DNA from: Puia sp.
GTDB lineage: Bacteria > Bacteroidota > Bacteroidia > Chitinophagales > Chitinophagaceae
Direction of reading: 5' to 3'
Length of the DNA stretch: 64,000 nt
NCBI GenBank assembly: GCA_036394375.1
Contig: DASWFF010000132.1
Location: 210,333 to 274,332 of the forward strand
The notes under the pieces were generated by a model. The model was given only the letters and a program-made list of their open reading frames with translations, was not told where the DNA came from and made no database searches. A program made the position numbers and the translations under genes. Positions 54,294 to 62,900 of this stretch are shown piece by piece (the first letter of the stretch is position 1; every line of letters starts with the position of its first letter).

Positions 54294-54380
54294 CCAAAAT
54301 GCCACCGGCATTTTGGCCGAAGGCCCATCATTAGACCTTTGTGGGAGACGGGTTATTTTTTTTCAGAACCCGTCTCCCAC
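54294..54380 (-). repeat. REP-like modular hairpin cluster, locus C (GGTCTAATGATGG on the minus strand)
   Basis: Read on the minus strand: GTGGGAGACGGGTT-loop-AACCCGTCTCCCAC (14-bp perfect stem, 54341-54380), AAA, GGTCTAATGATGG (54325-54337), GGCC-TTC-GGCC (54315-54325), then CCAAAATGCC-GGT-GGCATTTTGG (54294-54316). Confidence 0.85.
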
Positions 54381-54499
54381 ATAACCCATAGGTCAAAACT
54401 GCAGGAGTATGACCTTTTTCCCACTCGAAAGTTTTCTCGCCGTTTACAAAGAATATGTTAAAAATAGACCCCCTTCGGCCCGGGCCTCTGTAAAACCTC

Positions 54500-57457
54500 T
54501 CAATGAGCTTCCAGCCAGTTGATCCCGGACCCTACTTCTGCATTGGCGGGAACCTCATTGGGCAGGGGCAGAGCTGTCTGCATACAACGCATTATTATCG
54601 GTTTAATTATATCTAATTCAGCCTTATAGGCGTCGAAAACCAGTTCGTCATGTACCTGCAAAAGCATTTTTGATTTGAATCCCTGCTGCCTGAATTCCTC
54701 GTCGATCCGGATCATAGCCAGCTTGATCATATCGGCCGCCGTACCCTGGATGGGAGAATTGATGGCATTTCTTTCCGCAAAGCCACGGACGGTAAAATTG
54801 GCAGAGTTTATATCCTTCAGCCAACGTTTCCGGCCCATTAAAGTTTCAACATAACCATGTTCCCTGGCGAAGTTGATGGTATCGTCCATGTATTTCTGGA
54901 TATTGGGGAACTGCTTTTTATAATTATCGATAATTTCTTTTGCTTCTGACCGGCTAATGGCGAGATTGTCCGCCAGTCCAAAGGCGCCCTGTCCATAGAT
55001 GATACCGAAATTGACGCTTTTGGCCTTGTAGCGCATTTCTTTTGTCACGTCCTTTTCCTCCACGGCGAAAACTTTAGCGGCCGTAGCGGCATGGATATCC
55101 TTCCCTTCTTTGAAGGCCGCACACATATTGGGGTCGCCGCTGATGGCGGCAACGATCCGTAATTCGATCTGCGAATAGTCAGCCGACAGAAGAACATAGT
55201 CTTCACTGCGGGGGATAAAGGCTTTCCGGATCTCCCTTCCCCTTTCCGTGCGGATAGGAATATTCTGAAGATTCGGGTTGTTGGAGCTCAGCCGGCCGGT
55301 GACGGCAACAGCCTGGGCGTAGCTGGTATGGACCCGGCCTGTTTTCGGGTTTCTCATCAGCGGCAATGCATCCACATAGGTCGATTTCAGCTTGGTCAGC
55401 TCCCGGAAAGCGAGGATATCGTCCACGATCTGGCTTTTATTGGCCAGTTTCAGCAATACGTCCTCGCCGGTAGCATACTGCCCGGTCTTTGTCTTTTTGG
55501 CCTTGGGGTCGAGCTTTAGTTTTTCGAACAAGACCTCCCCTAATTGTTTGGGTGAGGCGAGGTTAAATCGTTCTCCAGCCTCTGTATAGACTTTCTCCTC
55601 GGCATTACGGGCGTCCTTTTCCAGTTCTTTGGAGTATTCCTTCAGAAAATCCATGTCCACCCTTATTCCCTCGAATTCCATGGCGGTGAGGACCTTTACC
55701 AGGGGATTCTCCACCTGGTAAAAGACCTTTTCCACCTCTTTCGTTTTTAGGAGGGGGAGAAAAACATGCTTCAGCTGGAGGGTGATGTCGGCGTCTTCGG
55801 CGGCGTAATCTTTTATCTTTTCCAGTTCCACATCCCGCATATTTCCCTGGCCCTTCCCTTTTTTGCCGATCAGGTCTTCGATGGGAACGGGTTCATACCC
55901 CAGGTATTGGGCGCTGAGCATATCCATACTGCGTTTGCCTTCCGGCTCGATGACATAATGGGCCAGCATGGTATCGAAGAGAGGCCCTTTCAGTTCTATG
56001 CCGTACCATTTAAGTACGAGCAGGTCATACTTCAGGTTCTGGCCGATCCAGACAATATCCGGTTGGTCGAAAAGGGGGATGAAAGCTTGCAGGATCTTTT
56101 TGGTCGCCGCCTGATCGGCGGGGCAGGGAACATACCAGGCTTCACCGGGCAGATAGCTGAAGCTCATACCGACCAGCTCTACATTATTGGCATCGATGCC
56201 TGTGGTTTCCGTATCGAAGCAAATTTCTTTTTGGGAAGAGAGTTTCTTTACCAGTTCCCGGATCGTGGCTTCGTCTGCCGCCGCCGTATAGGTATGGGCG
56301 GTCGTCTTTATCGTTTTATCGGCATGAAGGCCTGTTGGCGCCTCGGAGCCTTCCGGTACGGTTCCTTCCGGGGAAGCGCCTTCGGTTCCCGCCTCCCCTT
56401 CTTCTGCCGCCGCGGCCAGCCGGGAAGCCGCCGTCTCTGCTTTTTCAAGGTTGTTTTGTGGGCCCGTTAGCGCTCCGGGTGACCCGGCTCCTGCCCCCTG
56501 GCCTTTCCGGCCGGCTGCGGGCTTCTCCGCTACCGGGTTTCCGAAAAGATCTTTTTGCACCCCTTCCGGCGCAGCAGCCGCGAGGTCTTCTCCCAGGATC
56601 CTTTTGGCAACGGTCTTAAATTCCAACATCGCGAAGACCTCTGTCAGGGCCGGTTTGTTCCAGTCTTTCAATCTGAAATCCTCTTCATGGAAGGCGACAG
56701 GCACCTGGGTGATGATGGTAGCCAGTTTTTTACTCATAATGGCCAGCTCTTTGCCGGCCCTTATTTTTTCGCCCAGGGCGCCTTTGATCGTGTCTGCATT
56801 AGCCAGGACATTTTCGAGGGTGCCGTATTCCGCCAGTAATTTCGCCGCCGTCTTTTCCCCCACTCCTTTGATGCCGGGAATATTGTCTACGGCATCTCCC
56901 ATTAATCCCAGGATATCGATCACCTGGGATACCTCTTTGATGTTCCATTTTTCACAGACTTCTTTTGGCCCCATGATCTCGGCGATGCCTCCCTGGTAGG
57001 GGGGCTTATAGATCTTTATCTTGTCCGATACCAGTTGGCCATAGTCTTTATCGGGAGTCACCATAAATACCTCGTATCCGACGGCAGCGGCTTGCAGGCT
57101 CAGGGTGCCGATCACATCATCTGCTTCGAACCCGTCCAGCTCCACGCAGGGGATGTTAAAGCCTGTGATAATGGCTTTGATATCATCCACAGCGCTCAGG
57201 ATATCTTCCGGTGTTTCCTGGCGGTTGGCTTTATAGTCTGCAAAATCGGTATGGCGTTCCGTAGGAGCATGAGTGTCAAAACAGACCGCCATATGGGAGG
57301 GGTGCTGATTATTGATCAGATCGACGAGGGCATTGGTAAAACCAAATTGCGCATTCGTGTTCCGGCCTTTCGTAGTAATGCGGGGGCTGTTGATCAATGC
57401 ATAATAAGCGCGGAAGATAAGCGCCATGGCATCCAACAGGAATAGTTTTTTCTGCAT
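54500..57457 (-). CDS. polA: DNA polymerase I
   Basis: 5'-3' exonuclease N-domain (LLDAMALIFRAYYA, GIKGVGEKTA), 3'-5' exonuclease domain (CFDTETTG), and polymerase motifs (DYSQIELR, QVHDELVF). An unusually long low-complexity linker gives a 985-aa protein. Confidence 0.97.
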   Translation of the reverse strand: MQKKLFLLDAMALIFRAYYALINSPRITTKGRNTNAQFGFTNALVDLINNQHPSHMAVCFDTHAPTERHTDFADYKANRQETPEDILSAVDDIKAIITGFNIPCVELDGFEADDVIGTLSLQAAAVGYEVFMVTPDKDYGQLVSDKIKIYKPPYQGGIAEIMGPKEVCEKWNIKEVSQVIDILGLMGDAVDNIPGIKGVGEKTAAKLLAEYGTLENVLANADTIKGALGEKIRAGKELAIMSKKLATIITQVPVAFHEEDFRLKDWNKPALTEVFAMLEFKTVAKRILGEDLAAAAPEGVQKDLFGNPVAEKPAAGRKGQGAGAGSPGALTGPQNNLEKAETAASRLAAAAEEGEAGTEGASPEGTVPEGSEAPTGLHADKTIKTTAHTYTAAADEATIRELVKKLSSQKEICFDTETTGIDANNVELVGMSFSYLPGEAWYVPCPADQAATKKILQAFIPLFDQPDIVWIGQNLKYDLLVLKWYGIELKGPLFDTMLAHYVIEPEGKRSMDMLSAQYLGYEPVPIEDLIGKKGKGQGNMRDVELEKIKDYAAEDADITLQLKHVFLPLLKTKEVEKVFYQVENPLVKVLTAMEFEGIRVDMDFLKEYSKELEKDARNAEEKVYTEAGERFNLASPKQLGEVLFEKLKLDPKAKKTKTGQYATGEDVLLKLANKSQIVDDILAFRELTKLKSTYVDALPLMRNPKTGRVHTSYAQAVAVTGRLSSNNPNLQNIPIRTERGREIRKAFIPRSEDYVLLSADYSQIELRIVAAISGDPNMCAAFKEGKDIHAATAAKVFAVEEKDVTKEMRYKAKSVNFGIIYGQGAFGLADNLAISRSEAKEIIDNYKKQFPNIQKYMDDTINFAREHGYVETLMGRKRWLKDINSANFTVRGFAERNAINSPIQGTAADMIKLAMIRIDEEFRQQGFKSKMLLQVHDELVFDAYKAELDIIKPIIMRCMQTALPLPNEVPANAEVGSGINWLEAH

Positions 57458-57536
57458 ACACGAAATTAGGAAATATCCCGGACGCCCGCTCGCCCGGATA
57501 CGCTAATATTTTTAGTTTTTTTATTAAGGTTTAAAT

Positions 57537-57544
57537 TAAATTTG
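57537..57544 (+). promoter_or_regulatory. Candidate -7 promoter box (TAAATTTG) for the Bro-N remnant
   Basis: Exact TAnnTTTG match 20 nt upstream of the ATG at 57564. Confidence 0.35.
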
Positions 57545-57563
57545 CAGTAATAAACGCTATCTT

Positions 57564-58094
57564 ATGAGCAATATGAAATTATTCGAATCCCATAAAATAC
57601 GGAGTCATTGGGATACGGAACAAGAGAAATGGTATTTCTCGATAATTGATGTAATTGAAATACTTACAGACAGTTCCCGGCCCAGGAAGTATTGGAATGA
57701 CCTAAAATCCAAACTTTTAGAGGAGGGCAGTCAGTTGTCCGCAAATATAGGACAACTGAAAATGCAATCGGCGGACGGGAAATTTTATCTCACAGATGTA
57801 GCCGATACTGAACAACTATTACGACTTACCCAATCCATCCCCTCCCCCAAAGCAGAACCTTTCAAACAATGGCTGGCCAAAGTGGGCTACGAGCGCATAC
57901 AGGAATCCCAGAACCCGGAAAAAACCATTGACCGGGCAATGGAAGGCTACTTGAAACTGGGCTATAGCAAGGAATGGATAAACCAACGGCGGGACCGACT
58001 GAGATTTTACAGCACTCTTAACAGGAAGTCACGCAAATGTACCACGGCTATGCCTTCGGCGGTAGTGCCCATACATTTTATTAGACATAGCTAA
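57564..58094 (+). pseudogene. Truncated Bro-N / DinD-like (DNA-damage-inducible protein D family) gene
   Basis: The N-terminal ~143 aa (IRSHWDTEQEKWYFSIIDVIEILTDSSRPRKYWNDLK...PFKQWLAKVGYERIQE...GYSKEWINQR) look like a Bro-N/DinD family protein. The last ~33 aa (RDRLRFYSTLNRKSRKCTTAMPSAVVPIHFIRHS) are non-homologous-looking. The expected C-terminal half is absent in all frames before uvrB. Confidence 0.55.
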
Positions 58095-58168
58095 TAAAAT
58101 AAATAGATTTTAGTGTCTTGTCAGTTATAACTGATGAAAATGAAAGTCGAGGGCGGTGCGTAGACTCC

Positions 58169-60208
58169 TCACCCCTTCAACTCCACCAACTTCTTCTGCA
58201 GGCCGAACATTTGATCCCGCAGTCGCGCAGCTTCCATAAAATCCAGGTCCCGGGCCGCCTTTTCCATTTCTTTTTTGGTTTTGCCGATGGCTTTTTCCAG
58301 CTGCGGGATGGTCTGATAGGTTTCCTGTTCCTCGGCGGCCAGGGTTACCAGTTCTTCATTGGGAGCCAGGGCATAGGGGTCTCCCGGATTATAACCTTTG
58401 ATATCCAGTACGGAAGTTTGTGCAAAGACCTGTTCTTTCGATTTTTTTACCGTGCGGGGAGTGATGCCATGCTCCAGATTATAGGCGATCTGTTTTTCCC
58501 GGCGGCGAAGAGTTTCATCCATCGTCCTTTGCATGCTTTCCGTTATCTTATCGGCATAAAAGATCACCAGCCCATCCACATTTCGTGCGGCCCGGCCGGC
58601 CGTCTGGGTCAGCGACTTTTCATTGCGCAGGAAACCCTCTTTGTCCGCATCCAGGATCGCCACCAGGGAGACCTCGGGCAGGTCCAGCCCCTCCCTCAGC
58701 AGGTTGACGCCCACCAATACATCTATTTCTCCCAGGCGCAGCTGACGAAGGATCTCCACCCGCTCTAAAGTATCCACTTCACTATGAATGTATTTGGATT
58801 TGATATTGATCCGATGGAGATATTTGTCCATTTCCTCCGCCATCCGTTTCGTCAGGGTCGTTACCAGGATGCGGTCTCCTTTCTGAACGGTCCTTTCGAT
58901 CTCATCCAGGAGGTCGTCGATCTGGTTGACGCTGGGGCGCACTTCGATGGGAGGATCCAGCAGCCCGGTGGGTCTCACCACCTGTTCCACGACCACGCCT
59001 CCTGTTTTCTCCAGCTCATAATCCCCCGGAGTGGCAGAAACAAAAATAGTCTGGTCTACCAGGGACTCGAATTCATGAAAATTCAGGGGACGGTTGTCCA
59101 GGGCGCTGGGCAGGCGGAATCCATAATCTACTAATACCAGCTTCCGGCTCCGATCGCCTCCATACATCCCGCTTATTTGCGGGACGGTCTGGTGACTTTC
59201 ATCCAGCACGCAGAGGAAATCCTTTGGAAAATAATCGAGCAGGCAGAAGGGGCGGGTACCCGGGTGCCGTCGGTCGAAGAACCTGGAATAGTTCTCTACG
59301 CCATTGCAATAACCCAGTTCCCGGATCATTTCCACATCGTAATTCACCCTTTCACTCAGGCGCTGCGCCTCGATATATTTACCGGTATCTTTAAAATAAG
59401 CCACCTGTGCCGCCAGCTCATCCTGTATCTCATAGAGGACCTGCTGCATGATATCCTTTGGCGCCAGGTAGAGATTGGCAGGGAAGATCGCGGCATCGTC
59501 CAAGAGTCCGATGCGTTTGCCGGTATTCACGTCAAAACTTTCTATTTCGTCGATCTCGTCTCCGAAGAAACTGATCCGGTATCCATAATCCACATAGGGC
59601 AGGTTGATGTCTACGGTATCGCCTTTTACCCGGAAATTCGCTCTTCCGAACTCCACTTCGCTGCGTTTGTACAAAGAGTTGACCAATGCGTGTAAGAACC
59701 CCTGCCGGGAGATCGTCTGGCCTTTGTGAATGCGTACGATCCCGTTCTCAAATTCGGCGGGATTCCCGATACCATAGATACAGCTTACAGAAGCTACGAC
59801 GATGATATCCCGTCTGCCGCTTAACAGTTGGGTAGTTGCTTGCAGGCGCAGCTTTTCCAGTTCTTCATTGATAGAAAGGTCTTTTTCAATATAGGTATTA
59901 CTTACGGGCATATAGGCTTCCGGCTGATAGTAATCATAGTAGGAAACGAAATAACCCACGGCGTTATCCGGGAAGAATTGCTTGAACTCCCCATACAGTT
60001 GAGCTACCAGCGTTTTATTGTGCGTGAGCACCAGGGTAGGTCGTTGAACGTTCTGGATCACATTGGCGATCGTAAAAGTCTTGCCCGAACCGGTGACGCC
60101 CAGCAGGGTATTGTATCTTTCGCCCTGGAGGATACTTTCTGTCAATTGCCGGATTGCTTCCGGCTGATCGCCGGCGGGAGCATAAGGAGAATGGATGGTA
60201 AATGGCAT
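58169..60208 (-). CDS. uvrB: Excinuclease ABC subunit B
   Basis: Walker A GVTGSGKT, DESH box (VLDESHQT), helicase motifs, and a C-terminal UVR domain (AARDLDFMEAARLRDQ). Confidence 0.97.
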   Translation of the reverse strand: MPFTIHSPYAPAGDQPEAIRQLTESILQGERYNTLLGVTGSGKTFTIANVIQNVQRPTLVLTHNKTLVAQLYGEFKQFFPDNAVGYFVSYYDYYQPEAYMPVSNTYIEKDLSINEELEKLRLQATTQLLSGRRDIIVVASVSCIYGIGNPAEFENGIVRIHKGQTISRQGFLHALVNSLYKRSEVEFGRANFRVKGDTVDINLPYVDYGYRISFFGDEIDEIESFDVNTGKRIGLLDDAAIFPANLYLAPKDIMQQVLYEIQDELAAQVAYFKDTGKYIEAQRLSERVNYDVEMIRELGYCNGVENYSRFFDRRHPGTRPFCLLDYFPKDFLCVLDESHQTVPQISGMYGGDRSRKLVLVDYGFRLPSALDNRPLNFHEFESLVDQTIFVSATPGDYELEKTGGVVVEQVVRPTGLLDPPIEVRPSVNQIDDLLDEIERTVQKGDRILVTTLTKRMAEEMDKYLHRINIKSKYIHSEVDTLERVEILRQLRLGEIDVLVGVNLLREGLDLPEVSLVAILDADKEGFLRNEKSLTQTAGRAARNVDGLVIFYADKITESMQRTMDETLRRREKQIAYNLEHGITPRTVKKSKEQVFAQTSVLDIKGYNPGDPYALAPNEELVTLAAEEQETYQTIPQLEKAIGKTKKEMEKAARDLDFMEAARLRDQMFGLQKKLVELKG

Positions 60209-60241
60209 AAGTTATTTGCAAAGTCTAAAGTTATCGAATTT

Positions 60242-60428
60242 CTAATGATGAGCGTTTGCCGGACGAATAGATCGTCCTGGCAAACGTTCGCAACCGAGCG
60301 AACGCCCGGAAGGTGAACTTCCGGGCGTTCGGGTCTAATGATGGGAGAACTTCGTTGGAGCTTCGTTCCTCGCTCCTCCTTGTTCGCGACCTTTGCTTCG
60401 CGCGGTCGGGCCCGGCGCCCGTGGCGCC
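60242..60428 (+). repeat. REP-like modular hairpin cluster, locus B (two CTAATGATG motifs)
   Basis: In order: CTAATGATG (60242-60250). CGTTTGCCGGACGA-ATAGA-TCGTCCTGGCAAACG (60253-60286). A 14-bp stem CGAACGCCCGGAAG-GTGAA-CTTCCGGGCGTTCG (60299-60331). GGTCTAATGATGG (60332-60344). GGCGCC-CGT-GGCGCC (60414-60428). The right part lies inside the 3' end of the AsmA-like ORF. Confidence 0.85.
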
Positions 60429-62896
60429 TTCTTAAGCGCCTTTTTAAAGGGATCCCAACTTATTTTCAGTTTGCCATCGTCGCCCGTTTTAGCCCGAAGG
60501 CGGAGACTGACCCCCGTCTTGCTACCAGTGCCTTTATTTGCAGGCGGGAGATCGGGGTTCCTGTCTTTCTTCAGGTTGCTCAGGGGGATCTGGAGGCTCA
60601 TATCTGCGCCGGTCTTCCAGTCATAAGTCCCTTCCGCGAAAAGAGTAAAAGCGGTGGATTGTATTTCCATCCGGTGAATGGTAAGGGTGGTGGTATCCAG
60701 GTCTAACTGACTTTTCAGTTCTGAGAAATGGATCTCGGAAAGGTCTCTTTTCTTTAAGACGGCCACCTGTATTTTTTCCATCGGATCGAAGTCCAGCAAT
60801 TGTCCCCCTTTGACGCTGAAGTTCACAGCGCCTTTCAGGCTGTTTTGTATTAATACCGCTTTATCCGTCAGCTGGCCGGTCAGCTGTATATCGGCGGTCA
60901 GCGTTCCTTTCAGATTTTTATCCAGAAGGGCCTGCTGGCCAAAATTGTTAAAGGCTGCGAAAACCGTGGGAAGGTCGGCCTGTTCGATATGCGATTGCAG
61001 GGATAGGGGATTGCCTTCGCTCCGTTGGGGCTGAGACGACTGTGTCGTCTCCTGCCTTCGAAGGCTGCCACTGAGGCTAAGTGACCCGTTCCCTTGCTCT
61101 ATTTCCATATGGGTTAGTTTGATCTCCTTGCCGCTGAACAGCAGATCAGCCTTTGCGTGGGCGCCGGAGAATTTTCTGTAAAGGAGATCGGCAGCTTCTA
61201 ATTGTAAGTGGAGGTCCCCCTCTCTGAGAAAATGATCTAAACGAGAGCCAGGGGTACCAAAAGGGCTTTTGCTGGTCTTGTCTGCTTTGGGGGGCGGGGT
61301 CGGTTCGACCGGTTTGCCCAGCACAGCCGTAAAATCCCGCAGGTCCAGGCGGGGAGAAGTAAGAGTCCAATCCATGCTTACATTTTCAGGATTTCTATCG
61401 AGGAGAGAAACCAGGTTTCTGGCGATGCCCTTCACCCATAATTTACTGCCTCCTGCATGGGCTTCGAGGTGATCGATCAAAAGATCCTGATCCCGGAACC
61501 GGATCTTTCCCTTGCAATCCGTCAGCAGGAACCGGTAAGGCAGGTAGTCCATGGAAGCAGAGTCGATGTTCAGGCCACCGTTAATGGAAACAGCCGTGCT
61601 GTCACTGCCCGAAAGAGGGCCTTTATACGATATGTTCAGATTGCCCATGCCTTTCTGGAATTGAATGGTCTTGCTACCCGTCAGCTCATTCAGTTTGGCC
61701 AGCTCAAATTTTGAATGCAGATCGGTGGCTAATAAAGGATGCTTGAGGTTAGTGATCGTGATCGTATCAGCTTTTAAGGAGATCTCCGACCAGGCGCCGG
61801 AAAAAGAGAGAAAGCGGACTGCGGAATTCTCATCTTCCCGTTTGTGGCCATGGACCCATTCATTGGTAAAGCTGCCCTCGAAGGAGGTTTCTGTAAACCG
61901 GCCGATAGGAGTGCTGACACTACCCTTACTGAGACTCATCCGGACATTGATCAGCGGCGTAGGATCGTCGGCCGATCCTGCGTCTATGATAGCGTTCAGG
62001 GAAACGGGCTTATCGATATCGTATTGATCCAGCTTCTGTTGGATGTTGGGCGTCAGCAGGGCCGTTGCTTTTTTGTAGGGAATAGCTGAAGTCTGGACCG
62101 TGAGCAGAAAGGGATCTGGACTTACTTCCGGGAAAAATCTCCCCGACAGGAGGAAGGGATGACCGTCTATCAGCAGGGATTGTTTGTTCACCTGCAGGAT
62201 CTTGCTGCCGGAGTTGAATTGGAGACGGAAATGGCCGGAAACAGGTTTCTCTTTTAAAAAAGACCCTTTTTCAGTATTAAAGGCAAAACTATTGACTGTT
62301 AGATCTATGCTCAGGTCCAGGAGCAGGGTTCTGTTATTTTTTTCGACGGAGCCGATAAGCCGCCGGATGTCGAGATCGAATAGTTTTCTTTTGTCCTGTT
62401 TTTCCATGACAAAGTTTATGTCCGTCAGGGAAAATTCGGGCCATTTCATTTCCTTATCCGATCCTGCCGATCCTCCTTTGCGCAGCATTTCCGTATTGGT
62501 ATAACCAGTGGAGTCTGTGAAGAGGTAGATAGATCCCCCTTCGAGAAAAACTTTGCTCACCCGGGGTTTACCGGAGAAAAGACTACCGGGTAGGGAGAAA
62601 CGTAGGTCGAGGCTTTCTGCTTTCAGCAGGTCATGGTGATGTTGCTGCCAAAGGCTATCATGCAGGGTCACTTTTGATAATTGGAGCGTAACGTAGGGGA
62701 AGTGGCGGAAAAAAGAGATGTCCATATTTCCAATGGACACCTCTGTGCCGGTACGATCCTTTAATTCGGCGCTGACCCTTTTCAGCAGGGCCGGCTTTTT
62801 CAGTGAAATAATGCTCACCAGCAGGAGCCAGGCCAAAAGAAGCAGGCCGCCGATAAAGGCTGTTACGCGTACTATATATCGTAGTGTCTTCTTCAA
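60335..62896 (-). CDS. AsmA-family outer-membrane biogenesis protein
   Basis: N-terminal TM anchor (VTAFIGGLLLLAWLLLVSIISL) followed by a long beta-rich region, with an AsmA_2-like C-terminal region (GQLLDFDPMEKI...TLFAEGTYDW). A basic C-terminal tail is encoded by REP-like sequence. The stop TAG is supplied by the CATCATTAG motif. Confidence 0.75.
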   Translation of the reverse strand: MKKTLRYIVRVTAFIGGLLLLAWLLLVSIISLKKPALLKRVSAELKDRTGTEVSIGNMDISFFRHFPYVTLQLSKVTLHDSLWQQHHHDLLKAESLDLRFSLPGSLFSGKPRVSKVFLEGGSIYLFTDSTGYTNTEMLRKGGSAGSDKEMKWPEFSLTDINFVMEKQDKRKLFDLDIRRLIGSVEKNNRTLLLDLSIDLTVNSFAFNTEKGSFLKEKPVSGHFRLQFNSGSKILQVNKQSLLIDGHPFLLSGRFFPEVSPDPFLLTVQTSAIPYKKATALLTPNIQQKLDQYDIDKPVSLNAIIDAGSADDPTPLINVRMSLSKGSVSTPIGRFTETSFEGSFTNEWVHGHKREDENSAVRFLSFSGAWSEISLKADTITITNLKHPLLATDLHSKFELAKLNELTGSKTIQFQKGMGNLNISYKGPLSGSDSTAVSINGGLNIDSASMDYLPYRFLLTDCKGKIRFRDQDLLIDHLEAHAGGSKLWVKGIARNLVSLLDRNPENVSMDWTLTSPRLDLRDFTAVLGKPVEPTPPPKADKTSKSPFGTPGSRLDHFLREGDLHLQLEAADLLYRKFSGAHAKADLLFSGKEIKLTHMEIEQGNGSLSLSGSLRRQETTQSSQPQRSEGNPLSLQSHIEQADLPTVFAAFNNFGQQALLDKNLKGTLTADIQLTGQLTDKAVLIQNSLKGAVNFSVKGGQLLDFDPMEKIQVAVLKKRDLSEIHFSELKSQLDLDTTTLTIHRMEIQSTAFTLFAEGTYDWKTGADMSLQIPLSNLKKDRNPDLPPANKGTGSKTGVSLRLRAKTGDDGKLKISWDPFKKALKKAPRAPGPTARSKGREQGGARNEAPTKFSHH

Positions 62897-62900
62897 TACA

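Noticed and set aside
55766-56999. Plus-strand ORFs of 234, 94 and 182 aa overlapping polA.
   Set aside because: They are antisense to an unambiguous, motif-rich polA reading frame. They arise from the GC-rich low-complexity linker.
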